Positions 18,961 to 34,361 of a DNA stretch of 64,000 nt are shown piece by piece. The position numbers and the translations under genes are program-made. The notes beneath the pieces were generated by a model. That model was not told the origin of the DNA and made no database searches. It saw only the letters and a list, made by a program, of their open reading frames with translations. The DNA is from the human T2T-CHM13v2.0 reference genome, Homo sapiens. The stretch lies in the NCBI RefSeq assembly GCF_009914755.1, contig NC_060945.1. One strand, given 5' to 3'. Each line of letters opens with the position of its first letter. The stretch's first letter is position 1.

Positions 18961-19261
18961 TGCAAGTTTTCTCTAAAAAACTTAATTGTAGGATACAGGT
19001 ATTTATTTGTGTTCCATTTAATTGCGGTTTTACCCTTAAGATGCCTCAATATGTATTGGGCATCTACTTTGCCAGGCACATCATTAATCCTATTCAACCC
19101 CATAGCTACCTATGCAGTAGATGTCTCAAGATGGTGCATGAGGAAGCACACCCAGAGAAGCTCTAGTCCTCACCCATAGTTTACAGCTTAGTGCATGGTG
19201 GAGCTGAGAGTTAAACCTATATCATCTTACACTAAGTTCCTTTTTAAAAAAAATTCTCCTG

Positions 19262-19652
<391 letters not shown>

Positions 19653-21077
19653 TTAGAATGAACTATCAGTATTAGTGAACATTAGTGCTATTGAAACAAC
19701 TGTTTTATGTTGTCACCTTTTTAATAACTTAAATTTCTAGCCAATTTTTGCAATGCAGTATTGAACTTTTGGGTACATCTTCATGAGTTTTTAGTCTATT
19801 TAAATTCTCAGGAATTTGGCAGAAAACTCTGATGTGATAAGTGTAATCTGGGACAACTTGTGTATGTAACACCCAACATTCCTGGCGTGTAGCAACTAGA
19901 TAGTTAGCTTCTTGACAAATAGGTGGGAGTTGGAATCAGCAAAATATTAGTTAGTTAACATGAGAGGGTTGGTGCAGAAGTACCCACAGCAGAATAGATC
20001 ATGGTAAGTGTTTTTTATTAAGAAATTCATAAAAATTGAAAAAGGTGAATTCATATAAGTACTTCTCGAGTGTTTGGGAGGTATTTCCTATACTTGAACT
20101 GTATATAATAGATATAAGTGCATAGATAACACATGGAAATGATGATTAAAAAGTTCAGTATTTCAGTAAGATTGTGCTTTTACATGTTTGAATAGATATT
20201 TTTGTTGAAGTGAAATTGCAGACAGAGCATTAGCTGTAATCTGTCCTGGAAGGGGAATGCCAGTTTTACTGTCTGAGCTCAGCCATTGGGTTTAATTCAG
20301 ATGTCGAAGCTTAACAAGCCATTGGTACCAGTGTGATATTTGTGTGGACAGTGGCATCTGAGGAACTAATCACTAAGGAAGTGTAGACGCAGCCTAACTA
20401 CTGGCAAGTGTGTCCTTGGTCCAGCTCAGGATTGTGGCACATTGGCAAGGAGAGATCAGTATTGGATTGTAGTCGAGAAAGTGAAGCTGTCTCCATTCCC
20501 ACTCTGCTTATGTGTGACCATGGAAATGTTCTGTTCTCTCTCTCTCTGGGAAACTGTCCAATGGGTCTGAATTTAAACTTACCAGAATGGAGTAATTTCA
20601 CTTCATTAAGAAATGGGTCCTGTATATTCACGTATAGAAAGTTAAAACATTTTGGAGAATTAGTACCTTTAAAGGCAGTTATTGGTTTGCTTTTAGCATT
20701 GCTTTTTAACCAAAAAAGAAGTGTTTTAGAAATTAGAATAGCCTGGACATTATTGTTTTACCTCAGTTACAAGAGGTTTTTCATACTTTTATAGAACCTT
20801 TAAATTATTATATATACAACTTGAAACAGCCTCTCAGTCTATTGTGTTTATCCATGATTCTGGAAAAATAATTATCTATTTGAGGGAAATGTTTATGATC
20901 TTAAAAATGGGAAATACCCATGGCAAAAAAAATCAGAAGTAGTGATAATAAAATGAATAAAATATGAAAGTTAGAGATGATTATCTAGAGAAGTTCTTAG
21001 TTTACTGTCATTAAGGAACTTTACCAGGCTGTTCCTTATGGATAATCCTCTTTCTCTCCTTTTTCTTTTCCCCACAG

Positions 21078-21178
21078 TGTCCCACCAGTGGCAGAGTGGG
21101 CTGTTCCTCAGTCATCAAGACTGAAATACAGGCAATTATTCAATAGTCATGACAAAACTATGAGTGGACACTTAACAG
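21078..21178 (+). CDS. ITSN1: ITSN1 coding exon (probably exon 8; 101 nt, phase 2 to 1), start of EH2
   Basis: ttttccccacag|T GTC CCA CCA ... TTA ACA G|gtattt; encodes (S)[33 protein letters not shown]. Confidence 0.97.
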
Positions 21179-21802
21179 GTATTTACAAATAAAAATTAGT
21201 GAAATATGATCTTTGTTTTCAATGTAAACTGTTTCTAGATATTGGGTCATAGATATTTTCCATGTCTGTGTGCTTATTTCTTGGCAGTGTTTCCTTTGTC
21301 TCTGTTATCTCATGTTCTTATCCACTGATAACTCTTTACATAGTTATATCATTCTCTCATGCCCCATTGCTTTGTGGTAAAATGGAATATAGACCAGGGA
21401 TACTCCTGTACGCTGAAAGCCACTGATATGCAAATCAAGGCACTAGCAAAGAAACACTTCTTTGAACAAAAACTAGCTTCAACTTCTGAAGTCCAGCTTT
21501 GAACTTGATGAACTTGAAGCTGTCTGTTCACTAGGTTAGAGTTGGAGGCAGCAGGCAGGGTAAAAGCAGGGAGTTGAGAACATGGCTCTGTCTCAGATAA
21601 CTGCCTAGATAGGGCTCACCACTTTGGATATTTCTTTATCTATTAATATAAAAGGCCAGAGTTAACTTAGGTGATCTCAATGGATTTTTTTAAAAGAAGA
21701 ATGATTCTGTTATCTACGTCAGAAGGATAGACAGGAATTTTAGCATACTGTTCAAAATTTTTCTCACGAAGGTTTAAATACTTGTTAGAAAGTTATAAAG
21801 AA

Positions 21803-22088
21803 GGCTGGGTGCAGTGGCTCACGCCTGTAATCCCAATCCCAGCCCTTTGGGAGGCTGAGGCGGGTGGATCACCTGAGGTCAGGAGTTCAAGACCAGCCTG
21901 GCCAACATGGTCTCTACTAAAAATACAAAAATTAGCCGGGTGTGGTGGTGGGCACCTGTAATCCCAGCTACTGAGGCAGGAGAATTGCTGGAACCTGGGA
22001 GGCGGTTGCAGTGAGTCAAGATCATGCCACTGCACTCCATCCTGGGCTGCAGAGTGAGACTCCGTCTCAAAAAAAAAAAAAAAAAAAA
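21803..22088 (+). mobile_element. AluS
   Basis: TSD agaaagttataaagaa. Confidence 0.93.
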
Positions 22089-22554
22089 GAAAGTTATAAA
22101 GAAAAGCATAACTTTAATGAAAGAAAATAGAGACCTCTGATATGAATATTAAATGTTAAAGGGAAAAACTAACTGCCCTCTAACAAATATGAAAGGAAGG
22201 GAAAAAAATTAGGTTTCCTGTGTGGTGGAGTGGGGTAAGGGGAGGATTATAATCCAAAACACTTTTAAGAAATGATTCTTACTATTTTTTCCTTGCTATT
22301 ACTTAAAATTGCAATTTTTACTCCCAAAAGAAAAAAGGTATCTTATGTTTAAAAATGTCAGAGTTGGACGAGATTTTGAAGGGTTCTAATCTAATCTTGA
22401 ACTCTGGTCCCTTTAAGGATCTCAGCAGTCACCCCAAATAAGCATGTATTTATGTTTGAATGGGTGAATAGTAAATACACACAGATTCTCGATGTGTCAT
22501 ACTGCCTCATAAAGCAGTAGCTGTCAAAACCAGCCTACCTTATGCAGGCTCTGC

Positions 22555-22846
<292 letters not shown>

Positions 22847-23659
22847 CACTGAAGGTATATTTAATAGCATATTTTTAAGTACTGTTTTACATGGTTTGTT
22901 TGACACCAGTGCTCCATACAAACCCAGAACTACATTGCCAATGAATCCAAAAATATTTCTTGAAAACGTTGGTGTTTGCTGTGAGTTGATTAAAATAGTA
23001 TTCAATTGAGACATTGATTGAGAAATTCTCTCTTTCTTGGTGGGATGTGTGTTTTATGAATGAAATGCAGTATCTACATTCCAAATATAATGACCCAGGC
23101 ACTTGAGCATTTAGAACTTTTAAATATCTGAGGCAGAAAGTAAAATTTGAAATATACTGGAAAGAAAGCAGATTTTGATATTGTTTATCTGCATACTTAT
23201 TGCTACTTTGATCCAGCAAGAATTTAAGGTGGGAATTTTACTTTTGAGCCAGACCTTTGTATAGTCATGTCAAGTAGAATAATTTATTACAGTAAATTTT
23301 AAAATGGGAATAAACAATAGAAATTTAATTTTTTTTCCCTTTATGTACTTAGGAATCAATATGAAGTATGTTTTATACTAAATTAGAATGTTGATGGAAA
23401 CAGCTGATTTGTTGAGGTGGATGGAACATAAAGGTCATTGTCTTGATCACAATTATAAAAATAATTTTATGAAGTCAGAATCCCCAAAGCAGTTCACTCA
23501 GCTGCAGGAGAAGCAAAATATCAAGAAAGTTGAGAAAAGGTTTCAGTATATAACATGGCCCAAAAGAAATATATAATTTATATTTGTAATCTCTTGTTTT
23601 TCATCCTTCTTGCTTTTGTTTTTTGTGGGTTTTTGTTTTCAGGAGCTAAAAAGCACTTC

Positions 23660-24195
23660 TTTTCTTTCTTTTTTTGAAACAGAGACTTGCTTTGTTACCC
23701 AGGCTGGAGTGCTGTGGTGCGATAGTAGCTCACTGCAGCCTTGAACTCCTGGGCTCAAGCAATCCTCTCACCTTAGCCTCCTGAGTAGCAGGGACTACAG
23801 GCGTGCATGCACCACCACACCTGGCTAATTTTTTTAAAAAAGTTTTCTTTAGAGGTGGGATCTTTGTTGTCCAGGCTGGTTTTGAACTCCTGACCTCAAG
23901 CAGTCCTACCACCTTGTCCTCCCAAAGTACTGGGATTACAGGCACCCAGGCTGAAGTACAGTGACATAATCATGGTTCACTGCTGCCTGGATTTCCCAGG
24001 CTCGGGGGATCCTCCCACCTCAGCCCCCAAGTAGCTGCGACTACAGGCATGTGCCACCATGCCCAGCTAATTTTTTGTAGAAACTGGGTTTTGCCATGTT
24101 CCCCAGGCTGGTCTCGAACTCCTGAGCTTAAGCGATCTGCTTACCTCTGCCTCCCAAAGTGGTGGGATTATAGGCGTGAGCCACCGCGTCTGGCC
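23660..24195 (-). mobile_element. Two fused antisense AluJ-like elements
   Basis: The first Alu runs to ...gggattacaggca (about 23944) and joins directly to cccaggctgaagtacagtg of a second Alu. Confidence 0.85.
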
Positions 24196-24838
24196 TTAAT
24201 AGTGGCACTGTTTACCCCACTGACTATCTGGGTTGATTTAGCCGATACATCCTGTTGGACACCCTGTTCTTCCTTCATGGCTTGATGTGTAACTGTTGCA
24301 TGCCCTTAAAAGAGACTGCCTTATAAAATAGAGAGGGATCATTCTTTAATTAAGGTTATGTAAGAAGCTCTAGAACTCTGGTATTCCTGTTAATAATGCT
24401 AGCCCTTCTTCTCAAAGAGGTATTTTATTGTTGCATTCTGAAACAATGAATATGCTATTTGGTAATTCATCTATTAATCAGAAAAGCTAAAGTCTTAGTC
24501 ATTGTTTTAAATAAAGCTCATTTCATGTAGTTACTCTCTCCTTTCTAGCCATACTTCCCTGCCCAAACATGGATGCCAGAAGTGGGGTTTGTGTGCTTGG
24601 GATTTCTGGTTTTATTCCTATGTTCCCTTATAAGCCAGTACTCCAAAACCGATATCCCTTTATGTACCTAGGTTTCCACAGAAGAGTTCTGTGCACTCAA
24701 AGCTCAACTGTGTGTTGTCCAAATGTGCTAAGATGCTATCTTAGCTGTTGCTGATCTATTTTTAATATTTTGCAACATTGATTTAGGACATATGTAGACA
24801 AATAGTAGAATTACAAGAGATAATTGTGATCTTCTAGT

Positions 24839-25060
24839 GTGGGGATTGGCAAACATTTTCTGTAAAGAATAGCACAATAAATATTTTAGGCTCATAGGTC
24901 ATATGTTCTCTGCTGCAACTACTCAACTTTGCCATCGTAGCATGACAACAACCATATATCATGCTTATATCAGTGGATATGGCTGTTTTAATAAAACTTT
25001 GCTTACCAAAACAGGCAGTGGGCCAGATCTGGCCTAAGGGCTATAATTTACCAATCCCTG
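24839..25060 (-). mobile_element. MER58A (hAT-Charlie DNA transposon)
   Basis: ggggattggcaaacattttctgtaaag...aataaaactttg...aaaacaggcagtgggccagatctggcc...ccctg. Confidence 0.85.
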
Positions 25061-25324
25061 TTGTAGATTATTTTCCTCATTTCACAGATGGAAGAACTTC
25101 ATTTTAGAAAGTTAAAGTAGTTTTGTTAATGTCACATGCCATTAGGGAGTCAGGACTAGAATCCAAGTCCCCTGATATCCAGGTTTAGAGCTAGTTCTTC
25201 ACATTTATTGTTAGGCTTTTTATGTGTAATAGATAAAATATTAACTTCCTTTTTTATAGTTCTGGAGTAAGGGCAATTGTTACAAGTGTAAATTAAATCA
25301 CCCACTAAAGTTTTGTTAATTCTA

Positions 25325-25915
<591 letters not shown>

Positions 25916-26864
25916 CAGTAGAATGGACAATGAATTAGGATGTAATGACACAATGATACACTCCATAGCAGTGAGGATTAATGTTCTACAACTCTACACG
26001 ACAATATATTGAGCAAAATAAGCCAGGTGGAACAGCGGACAGGCTATTTGGTTAGAAGTTAGGCTACCTTGGTGGTAGCTGAGTCTAAAAGAGAGGCAAA
26101 TAGGGGCATCTGGGGTGCGATTATACTCTCTTTCATGACCTCCATAGTGTTTGAGTATTTTCACTTTGGAAAATTAATTCAGCTGTGTACATGTGCACAT
26201 GTATATATCCACATGTATCCGTATGTGTGCTTTTCTGTCAGGATTTTATATGTAAATAAAAGTTGAACTATTGTCAGTAATGTTACCTGCCATTAGAGCA
26301 CCTCTCATGTGCTAATGTGATGCTAAGCTCATTGCCCCAATGGATCATAGACTGGTTTATCTGAAATGAGCAAACTAGGATCCAGACTACCTGGCCCAGT
26401 CACTCAGCAAAGTCTAGACTAAGCCAGGACTAGAGCCTACAGCTCCTTGGTTCCCTGACCTCTACTGCTGGCCATGCAAAAACACATCCAGTTTTGTGGT
26501 TTTTGATGAGGTGACGTTTGAATAAAGAAATAGCAAAAAGCAAAAACATATACACCAGAATCTTCCCAACAAAATTGCCACAGCCTTCCATTCCTCTGTC
26601 CAGCAGTCTTCCTGGGACCACATCTTGAGAGGCAGTGCTGGAAAGGAAGACGTATTTATTTCTCCCTCTCTGACTGTAGTTTATTTAAACTGAGTCTCCT
26701 ACTGTGCGTTTGTCTGATGTCTAAGGCCACTTTCATACCAGAAGTGAAGATGTTTATGATTATTTTAAGAAATGAGAGCTTATTTTGAGAGAAGAGTAGA
26801 AATTCCAGGAATTCTTCTTTTTTTTTTTTTTCTTGGCTAACATAGGAAATGTGTTTTGTTTTGT

Positions 26865-27147
26865 TTTTTTAATTGAGACAGTGTCTCACTCTGTTGCCCA
26901 GGATGGAGTGCAGTGGCATAATCTTGGCTCACTGCAGCCTCCGCCTCTGGGGCTCAAGCGATCCTCCTACTTCAGCATCCCGAGTAACTGTGACCACAGG
27001 CTCATGCCACCATTCCCAGCTAATTTTTTGCACTTTTGGTGGAGATGGGGTTTTGCCATCTGGTCTTGAACTCCTGAGCTCGAGCCATCTGCCTGCCTCA
27101 GCCTCCCAGAATGCTGGGATTACAGGCACGAGTGACCACACCAGGCT
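26865..27147 (-). mobile_element. AluJ-like
   Basis: Antisense diverged Alu. Confidence 0.88.
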
Positions 27148-27703
27148 GGAAATGTGTTTTAATCCTGGCTATTAGCGCTTCCTGCAACTTTTTTTTTTTT
27201 TCTTTTTAAGTCTGTTTAGTGAAACAGTTTCCCGGAGATCTCTCCGAGGTCCCTTCCTCCTCTAAGATTCTCCGAATCTTCCCTGAATTTGCCTGAGGTT
27301 GAGCAGGGTGGAGACAGCAGGTGGTAGCAGCGGCAAAAGATGTTAAACTTAAAGAGAATAACTTTCAAGTTTGTAAATAAAGCCCAATACAAATAAAGAT
27401 GGTAATGTGGACAAAAGGTCAGGTTATATTTTGAAACTCTAAATCTTTCACATGGTCATTCTTTATCAAACATCCATTTAACAAAAATTTATTATGTGTC
27501 AGATGCTGTGCTCTGTGTTTCTCCTCTTTTTCATTGGGGCTTAATTTCCTTTTTACAAAGCCCCTGCGGTAGTAGCAAATGTTATTTAAAGCATTGTGAT
27601 TGCATGAGGTCATGGAGTAGTCCACATACGCAGAACCCTGGTCCTCCTGTACAGTGAGTATTTGCTGACTCATCTGTATGTCCTTTTCCTGGTTCCTGTT
27701 TAG

Positions 27704-27767
27704 GTCCCCAAGCAAGAACTATTCTTATGCAGTCAAGTTTACCACAGGCTCAGCTGGCTTCAATATG
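27704..27767 (+). CDS. ITSN1: ITSN1 coding exon (probably exon 9; 64 nt, phase 1 to 2), EH2
   Basis: cctgtttag|GT CCC CAA GCA ... TCA ATA TG|gtaagg; encodes (G)[20 protein letters not shown](W). Confidence 0.97.
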
Positions 27768-27998
27768 GTAAGGAATGAAAAGTTCTTTGGTTTGGATAAA
27801 GTGGAAACTTGGTTAGATTGGTGTGGCCTCATGGGTTTTAGATTAATACCGTTTTTTATGGGGGAATATGTAGAATTTGCTTAATTTCAGTGAGTTGTAA
27901 TGATTGCCTCTTTTATAATACTATTTCCCCTCTCAATTTTGAAAAATACAAAAGCAGATTAATACAATAAATTCTGAAGGAGTGATAATACAACTTAA

Positions 27999-28349
<351 letters not shown>

Positions 28350-28444
28350 TGATTATTTTAAGCCAAATCTTAGTTATTATATAATTTCTACTGCAAATAT
28401 TTTAGCTTTTATCTTCAAAAGAGAGGGATTTTCCTTTTTTTCAT

Positions 28445-28742
28445 TCATTATTATTATTATTACTTTTGAGATGGAGTCTCACTCTTTCATCCAGATGGCA
28501 GTGGTGCCATCTTGGCTCACTGCAACCTCCACTTCCCAGGTTCAGCCTATTCTCCTGCCTCAGCCTCCTTAGTAGCTGGGACTGCAGGCATGAACCCCCA
28601 CGCTTGGCTAATTTTTGTTTTTTTAGTAGAGACAGGGTGTTGCCATGTTGGCCAGGCTGGTCTCGAGCTCCTGACCTCAGGTGACCTGCCCACCTCAGCC
28701 TCCCAAAATGCTGAGATTCCGGGGGTGAGCACTGCGCCTGAC
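28445..28742 (-). mobile_element. AluS
   Basis: (TTA)n tail, antisense Alu. Confidence 0.9.
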
Positions 28743-29162
28743 CGACTTTCTTCTTAGCACAGTCATAACAGCAATAGCTCACCTAAGTTTTTCAGTAGTC
28801 ATCCTTATCATTAAATTAATCAGGGAATGTTCACATTCCTTAGAGTGCCTCAGAATGTTTTTATAGTTCATTTGTTCAGCTCAGGACTGAAATAAGCCTG
28901 TATTTTGCAATACTTGAGTTTTCCATCTTTTATGTCTCCTTTAATCTATAAATTTCCCCTTGTCTTGTTCTCTGCTTCTTTTCCCAAGTCCCCCAGGCCG
29001 CCCCCCAACCAAAAAAAAAAAAAAAAAAAAAAAACTCCGTTAAAAACAAACCAGATCATTTGTCCTGTAGTTTCTTAATGGCTTAACTTTTGAAGAGTGC
29101 GTCACTGTGGGATTGTCTAATTTGTTTCTGTATTTCCTGTAAATTGATAATTAGATCTAGAG

Positions 29163-29388
29163 CAAAGTTTCCCAACCCCAGCACTATTGACATTTTGGGC
29201 CCGATAAATCTTTGTTGTTGGGGGATGTCCTGTATACTGTAGGATGTTCAGTAGCATCTGTGGCCACTACTCACTGGATGCTAGATGCCAGTAGCATGAG
29301 CTCCACACCCAGCATGACAATCAGAAATGTCTCCAGACTTTGATAGATGTGCCTTGGGGTACAAAATCTTCCCTGGTTGAGAATTGCG
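29163..29388 (+). mobile_element. MER20 (hAT-Charlie DNA transposon) inserted in an old L1 fragment
   Basis: ttcccaaccccagcactattgacattttgggcc...agatgccagtagca...aaatgtctccagac...cctggttgagaa. Confidence 0.85.
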
Positions 29389-30766
29389 GATCAGATTTGA
29401 TTTTTTTTTTTGTTTTGTTGTTTTGTTTTTGATAAGACTGTGCCAGAGAGGTCTCTGTGTACTCTCCTCAAAAGGCACATAATGTCTCTATTGTGTAATG
29501 ATTTTGAATAGCTATCGATGAGCATTGCCTGGGTCCTACAGGCTTCCTTAAATTTAAATGTTAACTAGAATGGTTTCTTAAGAAGTGTGCATGTTATAGC
29601 TGTATGTTGGTGATTGTCCCTGGAAAATAAACTTTGTCTACAAGACTCACTGCAAAGTTCGTGATTTTCTTGCAGGCCACATTGATAGGGTTGTTTCACA
29701 AATGATCAAGCTCTAATGCAGCTTCCTTTGCCCTTCTCTTCCCTTCTGTTTTGTATGAAAGAGCTTGCCTTTGGCAGTAGACCAGACCAGTTAATAAACA
29801 TCTTATATCTTTGACACACCCAGAACTCTTTAAATCAGGGTATTGAACAGTATCCTAGGGCCCCCTGAAATATAAACTTAAGATCTAACATTAATGGAGG
29901 TTGGTTGACAATTTATTAGGTTGTTCTCATGATACCAGATTATATTGAAATATTTATTTTAAATTTCTCATTTATAACTTATCCTATTTGAGAAAAACGC
30001 TTGAGGCTTCTTCTGTTAGAATGTTATATTCTGGTGCTACACACTAAAAAAGATATTTTAATTAAATGCTTATAATCATAATTTAGGTAAGTGTGGTGAA
30101 AAAACAAGAATTTCAGCCACCTTCTAACTGGTTTACCTAGGACTGGCTAATTGTGAGACACAAAAAGGAACAGAATAAGGAAGAGCGGGCAGGGGTTTCA
30201 TTTTATTTCATTTGCATTTCTTTTTAAAACTGGGTATCTTGCATATGGGTATCTTGCAAAACTAGAGGAACAGAAAAAAGATCAGCAGTTGCCAGGGGAT
30301 GGGGGCAAAGGAGGGAGTTGCTACAATCAGATGTGGAATTTTAGGTAGAGCTGACACTATTCTGTATGTTGTGGTTCATGTTTGTCAAAACTCTCAGACC
30401 TATACTCTAGAAGGTGTGCATTCTACTTTATGGAAATTATAACAAAAAAAGTTTATAGCACCTAAGGAAATTTCAGAATTAAGAAGGTTTCTTAATTTTT
30501 GGCATTGGCAAAACCAGTTTCCCATTGCATTTGTCCTGTTGACATTCTAGTGAATGGATGTGTTGTCATGTATCTTCTTTTGATGGTCCAGAAATTGTTT
30601 AGTAAAATCACATTCTTGGACTTGCCAGGAGAATGTTTGCTGTAATTAGCTACTTGGGCAAGTTCATTATGAAGAATGATGGAGATTGAATCCTGAGATT
30701 GAGGAAGAGGAAACACTTAGACTCTGTGGCTGGAGTTCATAAAGATCCACTGTGTAGGCCTAGATT

Positions 30767-30983
30767 AAGGGGTGGCCAGCTCTGCCCAGTGGGCCGAATC
30801 TGGCCTGCATCTGTTTTTGTGAAGAAAGTTTTTATCGTACAAATAGCCATGCCCATTCATTTATATGTTGTCTATGGCTACTTTCTGCCAAAATGACAGA
30901 ATTCAGTATGATAAGGATTGTATGTCTTATAAACTGTAAAATATTTACTACCTGACCCTTTACTGATAGTTTGTCATTTCCTG
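30767..30983 (+). mobile_element. MER58A
   Basis: ggggtggccagc...gggccgaatctggcc...tgttgtctatggctacttt...aaaatatttactacctgaccctttac. Confidence 0.85.
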
Positions 30984-31010
30984 GTCTAGAGCAGAACATT
31001 TAACAATATA

Positions 31011-31377
31011 GAGCTGGGTATGGTGGCTTATGCCTATAATCCCAGCGATTTGATAGGCTCACTTGAGGCCAGGACAGATCAGCCTGGGCAACACAGTGAG
31101 ACCCCCATCTCTACAAAATATTTTAAAAATTAGCTAGGCATGGTGGCGCACACCTTGTAATCTCACGTTTGGGAGGCTGAGGCAGGAGGATCATTTAAGC
31201 CCGGAAAGGCTGTGGTGAACTATGATCTTGACTGCAGTGAGGCTGCAGTGAACTGTGATCATGACTGCAGTGAGTCTGCAGTGAGCTGTGATCATGACTG
31301 CAGTGAGGCTGCAGTGAACTGTGATCATGTCATTGCACATCAGCCTGGGTAACAGTGAGAGCTCATCTGTTAAAAAA
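31011..31377 (+). mobile_element. AluJ-like containing an internal 33-bp tandem expansion
   Basis: Alu left arm; the right arm carries a repeated gaggctgcagtgaactgtgatcatg unit. Confidence 0.85.
31207..31329. repeat. Minisatellite, 33-bp unit x 3.7
   Basis: Units start at 31207, 31240, 31273 and 31306; consensus aggctgcagtgaactgtgatcatgactgcagtg. Confidence 0.9.
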
Positions 31378-31655
31378 GATTCATGGAATATGAGTGTATT
31401 ATATGTTAAATATGCAAAGGTTGGGGAAGAGTATCATTATAATCATAGCATTTGTTGAATGAGGAACACTGTCCCAACTACCTGTAATTTTATCTTTGCA
31501 GCAGTATAAAATAGGTACTATTTTGACAAAATGAGGGACAAAGAGACTCAGTTGGCCTGTGGTCAATAAGAAAACATAACTTTTAAATCACTAATGAATA
31601 GTAAAAAGCATGAATTTTCATGAAACCGGATTACAGTTAACTTTTTGTTGAATAG

Positions 31656-31793
31656 GAATCTTTCTGACATTGATCAAGATGGAAAACTTACAGCAGAGGA
31701 ATTTATCCTGGCAATGCACCTCATTGATGTAGCTATGTCTGGCCAACCACTGCCACCTGTCCTGCCTCCAGAATACATTCCACCTTCTTTTAG
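31656..31793 (+). CDS. ITSN1: ITSN1 coding exon (probably exon 10; 138 nt, phase 2 to 2), EH2 EF-hand
   Basis: gttgaatag|G AAT CTT TCT GAC ... TCT TTT AG|gtaagg; encodes [45 protein letters not shown]. Confidence 0.97.
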
Positions 31794-32650
31794 GTAAGGA
31801 ACATGGGCTCTGATCAGGAATTGTATGCGGAGTATATGAATTCCAAACTTGGCTTTATTGACTATGTGTCTTACCTGATTTTCATCCCTGACAAGGAAAC
31901 TAAGTATCCGTGAATTCTAGAGACTCTCATCTAGGTCTATGTTAATCTTGGGCCCATTTTGTTCTTCAAAGTACTTGAAGTATATTAGTGAAACAATGAA
32001 GTAAAACATCAATAGATTGTTGATTTTCTACCAACCTATGTCATCAATGCTTACCAGAAATTTTCACAACAGATGCCAGCAGCAAGAGAGAAACTGCATG
32101 AGCCTATGCATAGAGAAGAAACCAAGGAGATCACACTTGTGAATTCCACACATTTCAGTGGTAACAAAAGCTGCTAGCAATGTAGAAATTATAATCAGGA
32201 AGACAAAGAAAATTACCCTGGACTGAAAGACAGTCTCAGTAAAGATGTCAAGAGAGTCACCTGAGGTCCAGTATTGTGACTGGCATCCTCATTTACATCC
32301 ATGCATGCATGCACACGCTGTCCAGGACAGCTCTGTCTCCTGGCTTTGAACATAAAAACTGAATATGAGATCTTACAAGTACAAAGGAGAATGAAAGAAA
32401 GATTAAGATTTCTGACCTGAGTCCTCAAACTGCAGGAAGGACTGGGGCAAAATCCCCTTTAAATGAAGAGAAATAGAGCCATTACTGTCAGCACACACGT
32501 GGTACAGGAGCAAGCTGAGGAAACTGTGACTATGTAGGAAGCAACAGATAGCTGAGGCACTTTGCCTGTGAAATCCCACAACTGCAACATTGGAAGCTGA
32601 TAATGAATGCGTAAAAAGGATTGGGAGACGGTTTAAACACAGCAAAGTTA

Positions 32651-33035
<385 letters not shown>

Positions 33036-33493
33036 TTACGAACTATATAGACATTGCATGTGTTTCTTAGGGGGTGAAATGGAGAGATGGGAAAGGGAAG
33101 AGAGATGCTCCTAGTGAGCTGAGCTGCTGATCTTCCCTTGGAGGAATTTAAGGTTACTTGAGAGGGCAATGGAAATAGCAGCTCCCACTTAGTGCTCACC
33201 ATGTCCCAGGCATTGTTCTTACCACTTTTTGATTATTAACTACTTTCATCCTTTGGAATTGTTTCAATTTTGGTGGTGATTCTTAAGCTTGGCACTCAGA
33301 GTCTGATGACATTCCAATATTCATTAAAAAACTCTTTGTAAATAGAGAAGACCAAATCTTTATATTTTCCTTACTGTAAATGAAATTTGCTCCATGGCAT
33401 GGTAAAATCTTTAAAAATCCTTCTTCATAACTTGTCCAACTCCACCCAGACAGCTCTGTGTGAATCTATTTTTCTTTTTCCCCGCAATTGCAG

Positions 33494-33609
33494 AAGAGTT
33501 CGATCTGGCAGTGGTATATCTGTCATAAGCTCAACATCTGTAGATCAGAGGCTACCAGAGGAACCAGTTTTAGAAGATGAACAACAACAATTAGAAAAGA
33601 AATTACCTG
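33494..33609 (+). CDS. ITSN1: ITSN1 coding exon (probably exon 11; 116 nt, phase 2 to 1)
   Basis: caattgcag|A AGA GTT CGA ... TTA CCT G|gtaagg; encodes (R)[38 protein letters not shown]. Confidence 0.96.
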
Positions 33610-34054
33610 GTAAGGCAGCCTTTATGTTGAGTTAAATCATTTAGATTAAACGAAATTAGAGATTTCCTATCTCTAAGACAAAGATAGAGGTAAACATAAA
33701 TTTAGTTTTTGACATTTTTGCCTTGTAACTTAACTGACCTTAGTTGGAGATAATTGTTAATTAAGCTTGTGGATTTGGGTCTGGATAGAGAAATAAGAAC
33801 ATTATGCACTCTGCTAATGCACCGTTGTTCTAACTTGTAACTTGAAATCTGATTATAAACTGCTAAACAAAAATTATGTAAATGTTATCCATAGAATATA
33901 CAGCACTAAAAACTGATGAGTATTAAGGTGATTGCTTAATACCACCAGTGCAGAAATAGAAAATCAAATCATCTACTGTTGTTTTCTCATGTTGTTATAA
34001 GAGAATTGGAAACTCCTTAATTGCAGGAACCTATTTTAAATTTAATGTGAACCT

Positions 34055-34361
34055 ATTTTATTTTATTTATTTTGTTTTTTGAGATGGAGTCTCACTCTGT
34101 TACCCAGGCAGGAGTGGAGTGGCGCAATCTAGGCTCACTGCAACCTCCGCCTCCCAGGTTCAAGTGATTCTCCTGCCTCAGCCTCTGGAGTAGTTGGGAC
34201 TACAGGCACATGCACCACGCCCGGCTAATTTTTGTATTTTTAGTAGAGATGGGGTTTCACCATGTTGGCCAGGCTGATCTCAAACTCCTGACCTCAAGTG
34301 ATCCACCTACCTCAGCCTCCCAAAGTGCTGGGATTATAGGCGTGAGTCACTGTGCCCAGCT
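34055..34361 (-). mobile_element. AluS
   Basis: TSD tgaacctatttta. Confidence 0.93.

Noticed and set aside
31207-31329. CRISPR-like regular repeat of about 33 bp
   Set aside because: Units are contiguous with no unique spacers, derive from an Alu arm, and there are no cas genes in this eukaryotic intron.
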